From NCBI GenBank assembly GCA_951406725.2, contig OX597817.1, positions 157,294,001 through 157,358,000 of the forward strand: 64,000 nt of DNA, given 5' to 3'. Positions 52,205 through 64,000 of this stretch are shown here, piece by piece (positions within the stretch are counted from its first letter, which is position 1; the number at the start of each line of letters is the position of its first letter). The notes under the pieces were generated by a model, which made no database searches, was not told the DNA's origin, and was given only the letters and a program-made list of their open reading frames with translations. A program made the position numbers and the translations under genes. This DNA comes from Octopus vulgaris (taxonomy: Eukaryota).

Positions 52205-52867
52205 TGTGAGAAGACCCAGCAAGCCAAATGAGACCATAACCTCGTGGCCTATGCCAGCGGTGTAACCAGCCCACTTATGCATACCTTTTCCTTCTTTGGA
52301 CACTAAAACTCTGCTTGCAAAGACTTGTTGAGGCAAGTGAAATCAAAATCAAAATCAAATTCGATGACTGGCATCCGTGCTAGCAGGGTGCAAAGAGCAC
52401 CATACGAGTGTGATCGTTGACAGAGCAGCTAACTGGTTTCTGTGCCAGTGGCACATAAAAGGCACCATTCGAGTGTGATCGTTACCAGCGTCACCTTACT
52501 GGCACTTGAGCCCCGTGCTAGTAGGGTGTTAAGAGCACCATCTGAACGTGATCGTTGCCAGAGTGGCTAACTGGCCTCCATGCTGGTGGCACGTAAAAGG
52601 TACCATTTCAGCATGATTGTTACCAGCATCGCCTTACTGGCATGTGTAAAAGATCTGAGCGAGGTCGTTGACACTACCGCCTGACTGGCACATAAAAGCA
52701 CCCACTACACTCTCGGAGTGGTTGACATTAGGAAGGTGCATCCAACTGTAGAAACTCTGCCAGATCAAGATTGAAGCCTGGTGCAGCCATCTGGTTCACC
52801 AGCCCTCAGTCAAAATCGTCCAACCCATGCTAGTATGGAAAGCGGACGTTAAACAATGATGATGATG
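52205..52867 (+). mobile_element. Longest family A SINE copy, including an extended 5' region
   Basis: 5' gtgagaagacccagcaagcc..., gaggcaagtgaaatc, several units and the tail. Confidence 0.7.
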
Positions 52868-52869
52868 AG

Positions 52870-53660
52870 TACGAGGGTTGCTTTTAAAGTTCATAGGCCA
52901 AGATACTCTCATGAAATGTGACCAAATGAGGTTTATTTTTTAACATAGTTCCCTTTGCGGTCCACACACTTCTTTCATCGGTGTTGCAGTGCTTGGATCC
53001 CATTGGTGAAGAATCTTCCATCCTGTTGGTCAAAAAAGTCATCAACACCAGATATGACATCATAATCACTGTGATACTGGTTCCCAGTCAAGTGTGTGTT
53101 TTTTTTAATGTTGGGGGACAGATGATAGTCAAATAGGGCCAAATCTAGAGAATAGGGAGCCATTGAAACCAAGGACTTGTGTGCTGGAACATTGTCCTAA
53201 TGAAACAAGACCACTTTAGTCAGCTTTCTTGAGTGTTTGGTCTTGATAGTCTTTTGCAATAATTCTATTGCATGGATTGTCTTTTTGTTTCTGGCTCAAC
53301 GTGATGAAGCCAACACTCATCTTGGCTTAGGAAACATTCTAGGAAACCAGCTGGATCTGCTTTAATGTTAGATTTTTCCCATGATGTGATCAGCCTGGGG
53401 CACTTTTGATCAGGTGTCAGAAAACATGGCACCACCGAGCAGAAACCTTTGTTATGCCAAGTTCATTGTGCTGAAATGTTCACAACTCTCTCACAGGATT
53501 GGCTATTTGATTTATTGTCAGTTGCCTGTCATCCCTCACCATGTGCTGAACACAATCAATGTTTTCCTCGGTGGTGGCAGTTTCAGGAAGTCCAAGAAAT
53601 TCAGCTGCCCACTATTGCACTGTTGATAAAGCTGGAGTGTCATCCCCTAATGTGGCAACC
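52870..53660 (-). mobile_element. Mariner transposase relic
   Basis: PYSLDLALFDYHLSPNIKK...FFTNGIQALQHR; TIR tacgagggttgcttttaaagtt. Confidence 0.75.
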
Positions 53661-54099
53661 ACGCTGTAGGCACACGGCCTAGTGGTTAGAGCAGCGGACT
53701 TGCGGTCGAGGGATCGCAGGTTCGAATCTCTGACTGGGCGATGTGTGTGTTTATGAGCAAAACACCTAAGCTCCACGCGGCTCTGGCAGAAGGTAATGGC
53801 GAACTTCGGCTGACTCTTTCGCCACAACTTTCTCTCATTCTTTCCTCCTGCATCTTGCAGCTCACCTGCGACGGACCAGCGTCCTGTCCAGGTGGGGAAC
53901 CTATACGCCAAGGAAACCAGGAAACCGGCCCTTATGAGCCAGGCATGGCTCGAGAAGGAGGCAACCATGTCAGCATGAATGTCATTGGGGTCTAAACTCT
54001 TTTTCTGCAGGTACTTAATAGCACCACAATGCCAAATAGTTGCTACTGGTTACTTTTGAAGCCTTATTTTAGAAAGAAACAATGCAGTTATTGGTTTCA

Positions 54100-54740
54100 G
54101 ATTTTGACACTAGGCCAGCAATTTCGGGGTTTGGGGTAAGTCGATTACATAGACCCCAGTGTTCAACTGGTACTCATTTTATCGACCCTGAAAAGATAGA
54201 AGGAATAGTTGACCTTGATGGAATTTGAAATTGGAACTTAAAGACAGATAGAATGCTGCTAAGCACTTTGTCTGGCATGCTAACAATTCATATTTCTTTA
54301 TTGCTCACAAGGGGCTAAACATAGAGGGGACAAACAAGGACAGACAAAGAGGTTAAGTCGATTACATCGACCCCAGTGTGTAATTGGTACTTAATTTATC
54401 GACCCCAAAAGGATGAAAGGCAAAGTCGACCTCGGCGGAATTTGAACTCAGAACATAACGGCAGACGAAATACTGCTATGCATTTCCCCTGGTGTGCTAA
54501 TGTTTCTTATTTCTTTATTGCCTACAAGGGCTAAACATAGAGGGGACAAGCAAGGACAGACAAAGGGGTTAAGTCGATTACATCGACCCCAGTGCTTAAC
54601 TGGTACTTAATGTATCAACCCCGAAAGGTTGAAAGGCAAAGTCGACCTCAGCAGAATTTGAACTCAGAACATAACAGCAGACAAAATACTGCTAAGCATT
54701 TCGCCCGGTGTGCTAACGATTCTTCCAGCTTGCCGCCTTT
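54100..54740 (-). mobile_element. Tandem multimer of SINE family B
   Basis: Three successive gattacat...aactggtac...ggaatttgaa bodies. Confidence 0.7.
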
Positions 54741-54917
54741 AACAATTCCGTTAGCTTACCGTCTTAAATAATGCAGTTAATAATAAGAAGAGTTGAAATT
54801 AATGCATGCAAGATTTCACAACTCTAGCTTCGATCCTTCATAGTCAGCATCCATGAACTTTTTCAGCCCACCCTTGTAGTTATTTCTGGTTCTGTATGTT
54901 CTGAGTTCAAATCACAA

Positions 54918-55118
54918 AGAGGCTGGGTCTTTAGTGAAACACTACACAGAAGCAATGGCCCAGTTAGGGCAGCGGACTCGCAGTCGTAGAATCGCGGTTT
55001 CGATTCCCAGACTGGGCGTTGTGAGTGTTTATTGAGCGAAAACACCTAAAGCTCCATGAGGCTCTGGCAGGGGGTGGTGGCGACCCCTGTTGTACTCTTT
55101 CACCACAGCTTTCTCTCA
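54918..55118 (+). repeat. Local duplicate of 56386-56589 (unique flank plus SINE D 5' part)
   Basis: Both copies share agaggctgggtctttagtgaaacactacacagaagc upstream of the SINE head. Confidence 0.75.
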
Positions 55119-55342
55119 GAAACCTGAGCTGAGAAAATGAAGTTCCAGTTAGGTGTTGGGACATAACCCATCTCTTCCACTAGCTGGTATGGTATATCTC
55201 AAATCTTCCAATAGGTCATGCAGGGCTTGAGAAGGTATTTGTGTCTGCCCAATGTTAGTAAAGGAGTGGGTGCATGTTGCTACCATGTCATACTTGATTG
55301 CGAGTGATGTATATTTTTATATTTATAAGGAATGTGTAAATG

Positions 55343-55390
<48 letters not shown>

Positions 55391-55448
55391 GGCAAATGAC
55401 GAAAAGTTTTCACAAAAGTTGTTTAACACTTACAAACAAGGGAAAGGG

Positions 55449-55484
55449 TCTTGATGTTTCAGACACTAGTCCTTTATCAGAAGA
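55449..55484 (-). ncRNA. Degenerate minimal hammerhead motif in a Penelope-like repeat relic
   Basis: Minus strand reads TCTT-CTGATaA-A-GGAC(tagt)GTCt-GAAA-CaTC-AAGA; stem I is perfect and the core has transition changes. Confidence 0.55.
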
Positions 55485-56259
55485 AAGATGGAGAAGAAAA
55501 ATAGAGGAGTAGAAGGAATCTAAAAATATGAATGGGGGTAAATTATATATATATATCATCATCATCATGATCATGTATATATATATACACACACACACAC
55601 ATAAAAATATATATATACATACATACATACTTACACACACACTTGTATAGGCGTGGCTATATGGTAAGAAGCTTATTTCCCAACCACATGGTTCCAGGTT
55701 CAGTCGTGCTGTGTGGCACCTTAGGCAAGTGTCTTCTATTATAGCCTCAGGTCAACCAAGGCCTTGTGAGTGGATTTGGTAGACGGAACCTGAAAGAAGC
55801 CCATCATGTGTGTGTGTGTGTGTGTGTGTGTGTCTTTGTATGTGTTTGTCCCCATTACTACTTGACAACTGGTGTTGGTGTGTTTATGTCCCTGTAACTT
55901 AACATTCTGGCAAAAAAAAAAAAACTGATGGAAGAAGTCCTGGGGTTGATCCATTTGACTAAAAACTCTTCAAGGTGGTGCCCCAGCATGGCCTTAGTCT
56001 AATACCTGAAACAAGTAAAAAATAAGATACATGTATATCTGTCTGTCTGTCTGTCTGTCTATTTATCTATCTATCTATCTCTCCCTACTTCCCTCCCTCC
56101 TTACCTACATGGATGTTTGGTTTAGAAATTTGCTTCCTGGCCACATGGTTTTGAATTCATTCCCACTGCATGGCACTTTGGGTGTCTTCTACAATAGCCC
56201 CAAGCTGACCCAAGCCTTGTGAGTACATTTGATAGATGAAAACTAAAAGAAGCCCATTT

Positions 56260-56296
<37 letters not shown>

Positions 56297-56826
56297 TTGT
56301 ATCTCCATGTCTTGATATCACAGGACTCTTGAAAGCATGGAAAAGTAAATGTTAAAATGAAAACAAACAATACTTACATACAGTCAGAGGCTGGGTCTTT
56401 AGTGAAACACTACACAGAAGCAATGGCCCAGTGGTTAGGGCAGCGGACTCGCAGTCGTAGGATCGCGGTTTCGATTCCCAGACTGGGCGTTGTGAGTGTT
56501 TATTGAGCGAAAACACCTAAAGCTCCATGAGGCTCTGGCAGCGGGTGGTGGCGACCCCTGTTGTACTCTTTCACCACAGCTTTCTCTCACTATTTCTTCC
56601 TGTTTCTGTTGTACCTATATTTCAAAGGGGTCAGCCTTGTTACGCTCTGTGTCATGCTGAATCTCCCCGAGAACTACATTAAGGGTGCAGGTGTCTGTGG
56701 AGTAGTCAGCCACTTGCATGTTAATTTCACATGCAGGCTGTTCCGTTGATTGGATCAACTGGAACCCTCATCATCGCAACCGACAGAGTGCCATGACAGT
56801 GAAGCTATATGAAAGCCCATCGTGCA

Positions 56827-56857
<31 letters not shown>

Positions 56858-57685
56858 TTGTCTTGGTGTGTCTTTGCAGTAACACAGCTAGGGCAGCAGT
56901 GGCAGTATTTATGATTCCTAGAAGCAAACCAACCAACACTGGTTTACTATGTAAAAATGTGAAACAATGTAACTTAATTGAAAACAAGCAAAGGTTGGCA
57001 CCAGGATGGGCATCCAGCTGTAGAATATTGCATTAAGATACAGTTTCCGATACCATTCGGCATAGGTAAACAGACATAAAAATAACAATATATCATCATC
57101 ATCATCAACAATTAACTTTCACTTTTCCATGTTTCTATGGGCCAGATGAAATTTGTAGAAGAAGATTGTCTACATGTGGACTCTCTTTCTGTTGCCATCC
57201 TCACCTGTTTCCAAGCATGATAATATTTCATTTAGTCTTTTGATCTCAAACTGCTCATGGCTGGCCATGTTTTTTATGGAATATTGCAAAGGAATGAACT
57301 GTTTGTATACTGATAAGGTTTGTTTATAATTAGCATGTGATGACAAGACAAGGAGACACAAACACACACTCACACATACATATACATGCAATATATATAT
57401 ATATATATATGCAATATATATATATATATATATATATCATCATCATCATCATCGTTTAACGTCCGTTTTCCGCGCTAGCACGGGTTGGACGGTTTCGACC
57501 GGGGTCTGGAGAGCTCGGGACTGCCCCAGGCTCCAGTCTAGTCTGGCAGTGTTTCTACAGCTGGATGCCCTTCCTAACGCCAACCACTCCGCGAGTGTAG
57601 TGGGTGTTTTTACGTGCCACCTGCACAGGTGCCAGAGGGGTCTGGCATCGGCCACGTTCGGATGGTGCTTTTTTTTTTTTTATGG

Positions 57686-58306
57686 GGGGGTGCAGAAATA
57701 TAGGGGAGCACCAGTGGGAGGGGTGGTTCAGAGGACAGGTAATAGGCAAGTAGAACGTAGGATATCGAGAGAGGGGTAATGCATGGTGAAATAGCGTATT
57801 GAAGAGGGGGGTTCAAAGAGTAGACACCTATAATGGTGGTGGGGGTGTGCAGAAATATAGGGGAGCACCAGTGGGAGGGGTGGTTCAGAGGACAGGTTCT
57901 AGGCAAGTAGAACGTAGGATATCGAGAGAGGGGTAATGCATGGTGAAATAGCGTATTGAAGAGGGGGTTCAAAGAGTAGACACCTATAATGGTGGTGGTG
58001 GGGGTGCAGAAATATAGGGGAGCACCAGCGGGAGGGGTGGTTCAGAGGATAGGTTCTAGGCAAGTAGAACGTAGGATATCGAGAGAGGGGTAATGCATGG
58101 TGAAATAGCGTATTGAAGAGGGGGTTCAAAGAGTAGACACCTATAATGGTGGTGGGGGTGCAGAAATATGGGGAGCACCAGTGGGAGGGGTGGTTCAGAG
58201 GACAGGTTCTAGGCAAGTAGAACGTAGGATATCGAGAGAGGGGTAATGCATGGTGAAATAGCGTATTGAAGAGAGGGGTTCAAAGAGTAGACACCTATAA
58301 TGGTGG
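57686..58306. repeat. Tandem array, about 155-bp unit x4
   Basis: tgcagaaata anchors at 57691, 57848, 58005 and 58159; purine-rich on +. Confidence 0.92.
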
Positions 58307-58377
58307 GAGAAACGACATCCGGTATAGTTGGAGCAAAATAGAGATATCCGGTATTGGTGGTGGGTAGGGCGGGCGCG

Positions 58378-59347
58378 CCGCGAAGAACCGGCAGCCAATT
58401 TCTAATCAGCCCTGTAAGGGAGATAGAACCTAAATATCTATAACGATAACTAGTGAATTATACAGAATATGCAAAAACGAGGCGAGGCTGAAATAGTAAA
58501 CAGAGTGGCGACTAGGGGGATCAGAATAATAATAATTAATAAATAATAATAATAAATAGAGATACGGATGAATTAAAGTTCAAAGATTTCTTATCTTGGG
58601 ATCACTTCGTTTACGGACAGACTTGGCAAAAGGAGTTCGGAATCAAGAGTGAGGCAGGTTACTAGCTTAAGTATGCATGGCCATGTCGAGGAGTAGGAAG
58701 AGGAGTCCAGACAGACAATGTAAAAAGAGGGGGAGAGAAACCCCGCGAAGAACCGGCAGCCAATTTCTAATCAGCCCTGTAAGGGAGATAGAACCTAAAT
58801 ATCTATAACGATAACTAGTGAATTATACAGAATATGCAAAAACGAGGCGAGGCTGAAATAGTAAACAGAGTGGCGACTAGGGGGATCAGAATAATAATAA
58901 TTAATAAATAATAATAATAAATAGAGATACGGATGAATTAAAGTTCAAAGATTTCTTATCTTGGGATCACTTCGTTTACGGACAGACTTGGCAAAAGGAG
59001 TTCGGAATCAAGAGTGAGGCAGGTTACTAGCTTAAGTATGCATGGCCATGTCGAGGAGTAGGAAGAGGAGTCCAGACAGACAATGTAAAAAGAGGGGGAG
59101 AGAAACCCCGCGAAGAACCGGCAGCCAATTTCTAATCAGCCCTGTAAGGGAGATAGAACCTAAATATCTATAACGATAACTAGTGAATTATACAGAATAT
59201 GCAAAAACGAGGCGAGGCTGAAATAGTAAACAGAGTGGCGACTAGGGTGATCAGAATAATAATAATTAATAAATAATAATAATAAATAGAGATACGGATG
59301 AATTAAAGTTCAAAGATTTCTTATCTTGGGATCACTTCGTTTACGGA
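58378..59347. repeat. Tandem array, 365-bp unit x2.65, near-identical
   Basis: ccgcgaagaaccgg at 58378, 58743 and 59108. Confidence 0.92.
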
Positions 59348-59421
59348 GCAATATATATATATATATATATATAGTGCCACCGACACAGGTATCACAACTG
59401 CTATTTCCAACATCGAAATAA

Positions 59422-59770
59422 ATATCAAATGGAAATAGTAGTTGTGATACCTGTGCCGATGGCACGTAAAAAGCACCATCCGAACATGGCCGATGCCAGC
59501 GCCATCTTGACTGGCTTCCGTGCCAGTGGCATGTAAAAAGCACCAACCGATCGTGGCCGCTGCCAGCCTCTCCTGGCACCTGTGCCGGTGGCATGTAAAA
59601 AGCACCCACTACACTCATGGAGTGGTTGGCGTTAGGAAGGGCATCCAGCTGTAGAAACACTGCCAGATCAGACTGGAGCCTGGTGCAGCCTCCTGGCTTC
59701 CCAGACCCCGGTCAAACCGTCCTACCCGTGCTACCATGGAAAATGGATGTTAAACGATGATGATGATGAT
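59422..59770 (+). mobile_element. SINE family A, head-to-head with the split copy
   Basis: tggaaatagtagttgtgatacc head, units, (GAT)n tail. Confidence 0.8.
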
Positions 59771-60669
59771 ATATATATATAGGCACAGGGGTCGCTATGT
59801 GGTAAGTATCTTACTTACCAACCACATGGTTCCAGGTTCAGTCCACTGCATGGCACCTTGAGCAAGTGTCTTCTACTATAGCCTCAGGCCGACCAAAGCC
59901 TTGTGAGTGGATTTGGTAGACGGAAACTGAAAGAAACCCGTTACGTGTGTGTGTTTGTGTTTCTCCCCACAACATCGCTTGACAACCGATGTTGGTGTAT
60001 TTACATCCCTGTTACTTAGCAGTTTGGCAAAAGAGAATGATAGAATAAGTACTAGGCTTTCAAAAAATAAGTCCTGGGGTCGATTTGCTCGACTAAAGGT
60101 GGTGCTCCAGCATGGCCACAGTCAAATGAGTGAAACAAATAAAAGAATATATATATGAGGTTGTTGCCAGTACCGCCTGACTGGCCCTGTGCCGGTGGCA
60201 CGTAAAAAGCACCCACTACAATCTCAGAGTGGTTGGCGTTAGGAAGGGCATCCAGCTGTAGAAACTCTGCCAGATCAGATTGGAGCCTGGTGCAGCCATC
60301 TGGTTCACCAGACCTCAGTCAAATCGTCCAACCCATGCTAGCATGGAAAGAGGACGTTATACAATGATGATATATATATATATATAAAATCATACAAGAT
60401 AGTGGAAAAGTGAATAATAGAAACAGTGATGCAAGGACTAATAAGAGTATTGGCTGAAAGTATTGAGGGCAGCTGTGTGGCTGCTGGTAAGACAAATAGC
60501 TAGTGGTGAATGTAGAGATGGTCACTTGTAATAGAGAATGATGGGTGATGGTTTGTTGTACAGAAGGTTGGTGGTTACTGTTGAGAGAGAGAGACAGAGC
60601 AAGTGATGGATAATTAATTATAAAGAAGGGTTTGGAGATGGTAAGGAAGTGTTGAATGTCAGTGGTGTG

Positions 60670-61020
60670 TGGAAGCACTCCGTCGGTTACGACGACGAGG
60701 GTTCCAGTTGATCCGAATCAACGGAACAGCCTGCTCGTGAAATTAACGTGTAAGTGGCTGAGCACTCCACAGACATGTGTACCGTTAACGTAGTTCTCGG
60801 GGATATTCAGCGTGACACAGAGAGTGACAAGGCCGGCCCTTTGAAATACAGGTACAACAGAAACAGGAAGTAAGAGTGAGAGAAAGTTGTGGAGAAAGAG
60901 TACAGCAGGGATCACCACCATCCCCTGACGGAGCCTCGTGGAGCTTTTAGGTGTTCTCGCTCAATAAACACTCACAACGCCTGGTCTGGGAATCAAAACT
61001 GCGATCCATTGCGCCTCCAC
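60670..61020 (-). mobile_element. SINE family D
   Basis: Reverse complement of 15466-15850 with a deletion in the head. Confidence 0.75.
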
Positions 61021-61835
61021 AAACTCTTGTTATATAACCATTGTGTAACCATAGCAAAGCGGGAGAGAGAGAGAGAGAGGTGCAGGTGGTAGCAAGGTGG
61101 GTAATTGAATAAGGACAGAAAGATTCACTACTGTCCTTCATTATTACATAGGCAGGACGGCAGAGTGATTAGAAAAGAGTGATAGACGTAAGAAGGCGCA
61201 GAAGGAGATGGAGATTGAATAGAAAGTCAGTGGTTGAAACCTTCAGCCGAAATTGCTAGGATGATTCGGTTCTTAACTGAAGATTGAAGGCTTCGAATGT
61301 CCTGCCCGTGTTTTTTGTATCGTCTTCTAAATGTTTTACGTTCTTGTCCCAGTTTGTATTTTTCTACATATAATATATATATATATATCTCACCCCTCCT
61401 CCTTTCCTTCTCCCCCTCTCCCCCTCCTCACTCTCACCTTTCCCCCTTCTCCCTCCTCTTTCCTTTTCCCCTTCCCCCTTCCCCGTCTTCCTCCTTCCTT
61501 CCTCTCTCCCACTCTCCCCCCCCTCATCTCTCCTCTCCTCTCTCTCCCCTTACCCCCCTTATCTCCCCCCTCCCCTCATCTCCTCTCACTACACTACACC
61601 ATACGACATTACACATCACATCATACATACGTACACATGTCCTGACCTCTCATACACACACACACCCTTATGTTGGGGCGTTGGTCATTTAACCCTGTTA
61701 TCTCCCCTATTTTTGCTCTTGCGTCTCACGTTTGATCTTTGACTTCTGGACAGAATCAGATCGCCATGTTGATTCGCTAGCTTCTGCACGCATTTTTTTC
61801 TCTCCTTGTTTCTTTCCGTGTTTCTTTTCTGTGTA

Positions 61836-61873
61836 TATTTCTGTTGAAGAGCGTAGGCTCGAAACGTAAAAGA
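61836..61873 (+). ncRNA. Minimal hammerhead motif in a Penelope-like repeat relic (about 61200-61970)
   Basis: TATTT-CTGtTGA-A-GAGC(gtag)GCTC-GAAA-CGTA-AAAGA; one core mismatch; the element ends in (TA)n. Confidence 0.6.
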
Positions 61874-61968
61874 CTTGTTTTATTTATATTCCTGAGCGCC
61901 ATACTAATACAATTTTTGTTTGTATTCCACCTGCCTTCGTCTTTTGTTTATTTTCATAAAGCTTCCCG

Positions 61969-62025
<57 letters not shown>

Positions 62026-62367
62026 CATGTGAAGGCGCGCGGCTTAGTGGTTAGGGGCATTTGGTTCATGATCGTAAGGTTGTGAGTTCAATTCCTGGCG
62101 GCACGTTGTGTCCTTGAGCAAGACACTTTATTTCACGTTCCTCCAGTCCACTCAGCTGGCAAAAATGAGCAGTACCTGTATTTCAAAGGGTCAGCCTTGT
62201 CCCGCTCTGTGTCATGCTGAATATCCCCGAGAACTATGTTAAGGGTACACATGTTGTAGAGTGCTCAGCCACTTGCACGTTAATTTCATGAGCTGTTCCG
62301 TTGATCGTATCAGCTGGAACCCTGGTCGCCGCAACCGACGGGTGCTCCTTTTTTATACATATATATG

Positions 62368-62514
62368 TATGGTAAGTAGCTTGCTAACCAACCACATGGT
62401 TCCGGGTTCAGTCCCACTGCGTGGCATCTTGGGCAAGTGTCTTCTGCTATAGCCCCAGGCCGACCAAAGCCTTGTGAGTGGATTTGGTAGACAGAAACTG
62501 AAAAAAAGCCTGTC

Positions 62515-62558
<44 letters not shown>

Positions 62559-62760
62559 ATATGTTTGTGTGTTTGTCCCCCTAGCATTGCTTGACAACCG
62601 ATGCTGGTGTGTTTACGTCCCCGTCACTTAGCGGTTCGGCAAAAGAGACCGATAGAATAAGTACTGGGCTTACAAAGAATAAGTCCTGGGGTCGATTTGC
62701 TCGACTAAAGACAGTGCTCCAGCATGGCCGCAGTCAAATGACTGAAACAGGTAAAAGAGT
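62368..62760 (+). mobile_element. SINE family C
   Basis: Same structure as the other copies. Confidence 0.8.
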
Positions 62761-63344
62761 ATATATATACTCTCTCCATCACTGCTACATGATGATCATC
62801 TTCATTGTCATTATCATTTAATGTCCATTTTCCATGCTGGCATGGGTTGGATCGTTTGACAGGAACTAGCTGACCAAAAGACTGCCCTGGGCTCCAGTTG
62901 TCTGTTTTGGTATGGTTTCTATGGCTAGATGCCCTTTCTAATGCCAACCACTTTACAGAGTACTGGTGCTTTTTATGTGGTGCCTGCACCAGTGCTTGTT
63001 ACATGGTGCTGGAACTGGCGTTTTTTATGCAGCGCTGGTATGGGTGCTTCATACACGGCACTGGCACAAGTGCTCTCTACTTGGTGCTAGCATGGGTGCA
63101 TTTTACAATGCTTTTTATGTGGTGCCAGCACTGGTGCTCCTTTTGTGGCACCGACACGAGTGCTCTTTACCTGATGTTGGCATGGGTGCTTGTAACGTGA
63201 CACCGGCACAAGTGCTTCTTATGTGGCACTGGCATGGGTGCTTCATACATGGCACCAGTACCAGCAAGGGTGTTTCAACTGTGAGAGGGAAAGGAACTGA
63301 GAGAAGTGACCATGTGCCAGGTGAGAGGGACAGGGAGATACTGC

Positions 63345-63485
63345 AGATAGATAGACAGACAGACAGATAGATAGACAGACAGACAGATAGATAGACAGAC
63401 AGACAGATAGATAAATAGACAGACAGATAGATAAATAGACAGACAGACAGATAGATAAATAGACAGACAGACAGATAGATAGAGC
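63345..63485. repeat. (AGAT)/(AGAC) tetranucleotide microsatellite
   Basis: Visible directly in the sequence. Confidence 0.9.
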
Positions 63486-63599
63486 GAGAGAGAGATTGAG
63501 ACAGTCAGAGTGAGAAAGAAAGGGCCTACTATTTTCATGTTTTGCCTGCTTGTGCAGGGCTTTTAAAGTATTGCATGTTACCAATGGTTACAGTCCTTT

Positions 63600-63940
63600 A
63601 TCATCATTTTTTGTGACTTGTCTCAAAATCAGTCTTTACCACTTTGTTCCAAGTTTCCCTAGGTATCCATCTTCTACTGGTTCCATTCATTTTGAGCATT
63701 TGACACCATCTTTATAAAGCTGTTACCTTTGATACACATCGCCATGCTCTCATACCAACAGAGTCTTCTCTCTTGCACAATACATCTGATTCCCCTTATA
63801 TCCAGTCTTTTGCTCAGCTCCTTTGTACTCTGCCATTCAAGCACACCAACATTATATATCCAGTGGTGCACACTTACTTCATTTCTTTCAAATCTTTTGC
63901 ATGCAATGCCTGTGATTTGCTTATATGCAGCATTGCATGC
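63600..63940 (-). mobile_element. RTE LINE 3' relic
   Basis: ORF 63674..63871 reads STKELSKRLDIRGIRCIVQERRLCWY, resembling the RTE C-terminal RRLRWFGH region. Confidence 0.55.
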
Positions 63941-64000
63941 TACTGTCCCACCACCATTTCTCTTTTCATTTGGTGGGACAGTTGCCCCAGCCTCAGATTT

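Larger units (their letters stand above)
57438..59410 (-). mobile_element. Family A SINE split by the 57671-59372 insertion
   Basis: The SINE stops at gatggtgcttt (57670) and resumes at gtgccaccgacacaggtatcacaact (59373). Confidence 0.75.

Noticed and set aside
54011-54070. Strong acceptor ttttctgcag as the next PBZ exon
   Set aside because: The phase-2 reading lacks the required xxxxHxxxFxH completion of PBZ2.
57686-59347. Hammerhead ribozyme inside the 155-bp or 365-bp tandem units (classic retrozyme)
   Set aside because: No CTGANGA...GAAA core on either strand by eye; the ORFs there are repeat translations.
61277-61302. CTGAAGA...GAA motif as another hammerhead
   Set aside because: Stem II would need a 1-nt loop, GAAA is incomplete and there is no stem I.

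Overview
AT-rich, repeat-dense animal genomic DNA. The SINE, MITE and microsatellite content looks like a coleoid cephalopod (Octopus-like); this is an inference. The window holds one spliced + strand gene, an APLF (aprataxin and PNKP-like factor) homologue. Nine internal coding exons from 18626 to 51805 join with GT-AG junctions and consistent phases into about 502 codons: an FHA domain, a long charged linker with an AT-hook and an acidic motif, then PBZ zinc fingers. The first exon and the 3' end were not found in the window. The rest is intronic or flanking repeat: at least five SINE families, RTE and CR1 LINE relics, mariner relics and MITEs, TTAA (piggyBac-type) MITEs, Helitron-like pieces and microsatellites. 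The main observations are: (1) a tRNA-headed SINE carrying a Penelope-type minimal hammerhead ribozyme, in two copies, one with an 11-bp TSD, plus hammerhead relics in other repeat families; (2) a young 1.7-kb poly(A)-tailed insertion built from two tandem arrays (about 155 bp x4 and 365 bp x2.65); (3) three short-range templated duplications; (4) a SINE family with a variable number of 67-bp double-hairpin units and many inverted pairs; (5) an atypical APLF domain layout. Repeat boundaries were read by eye and are approximate.
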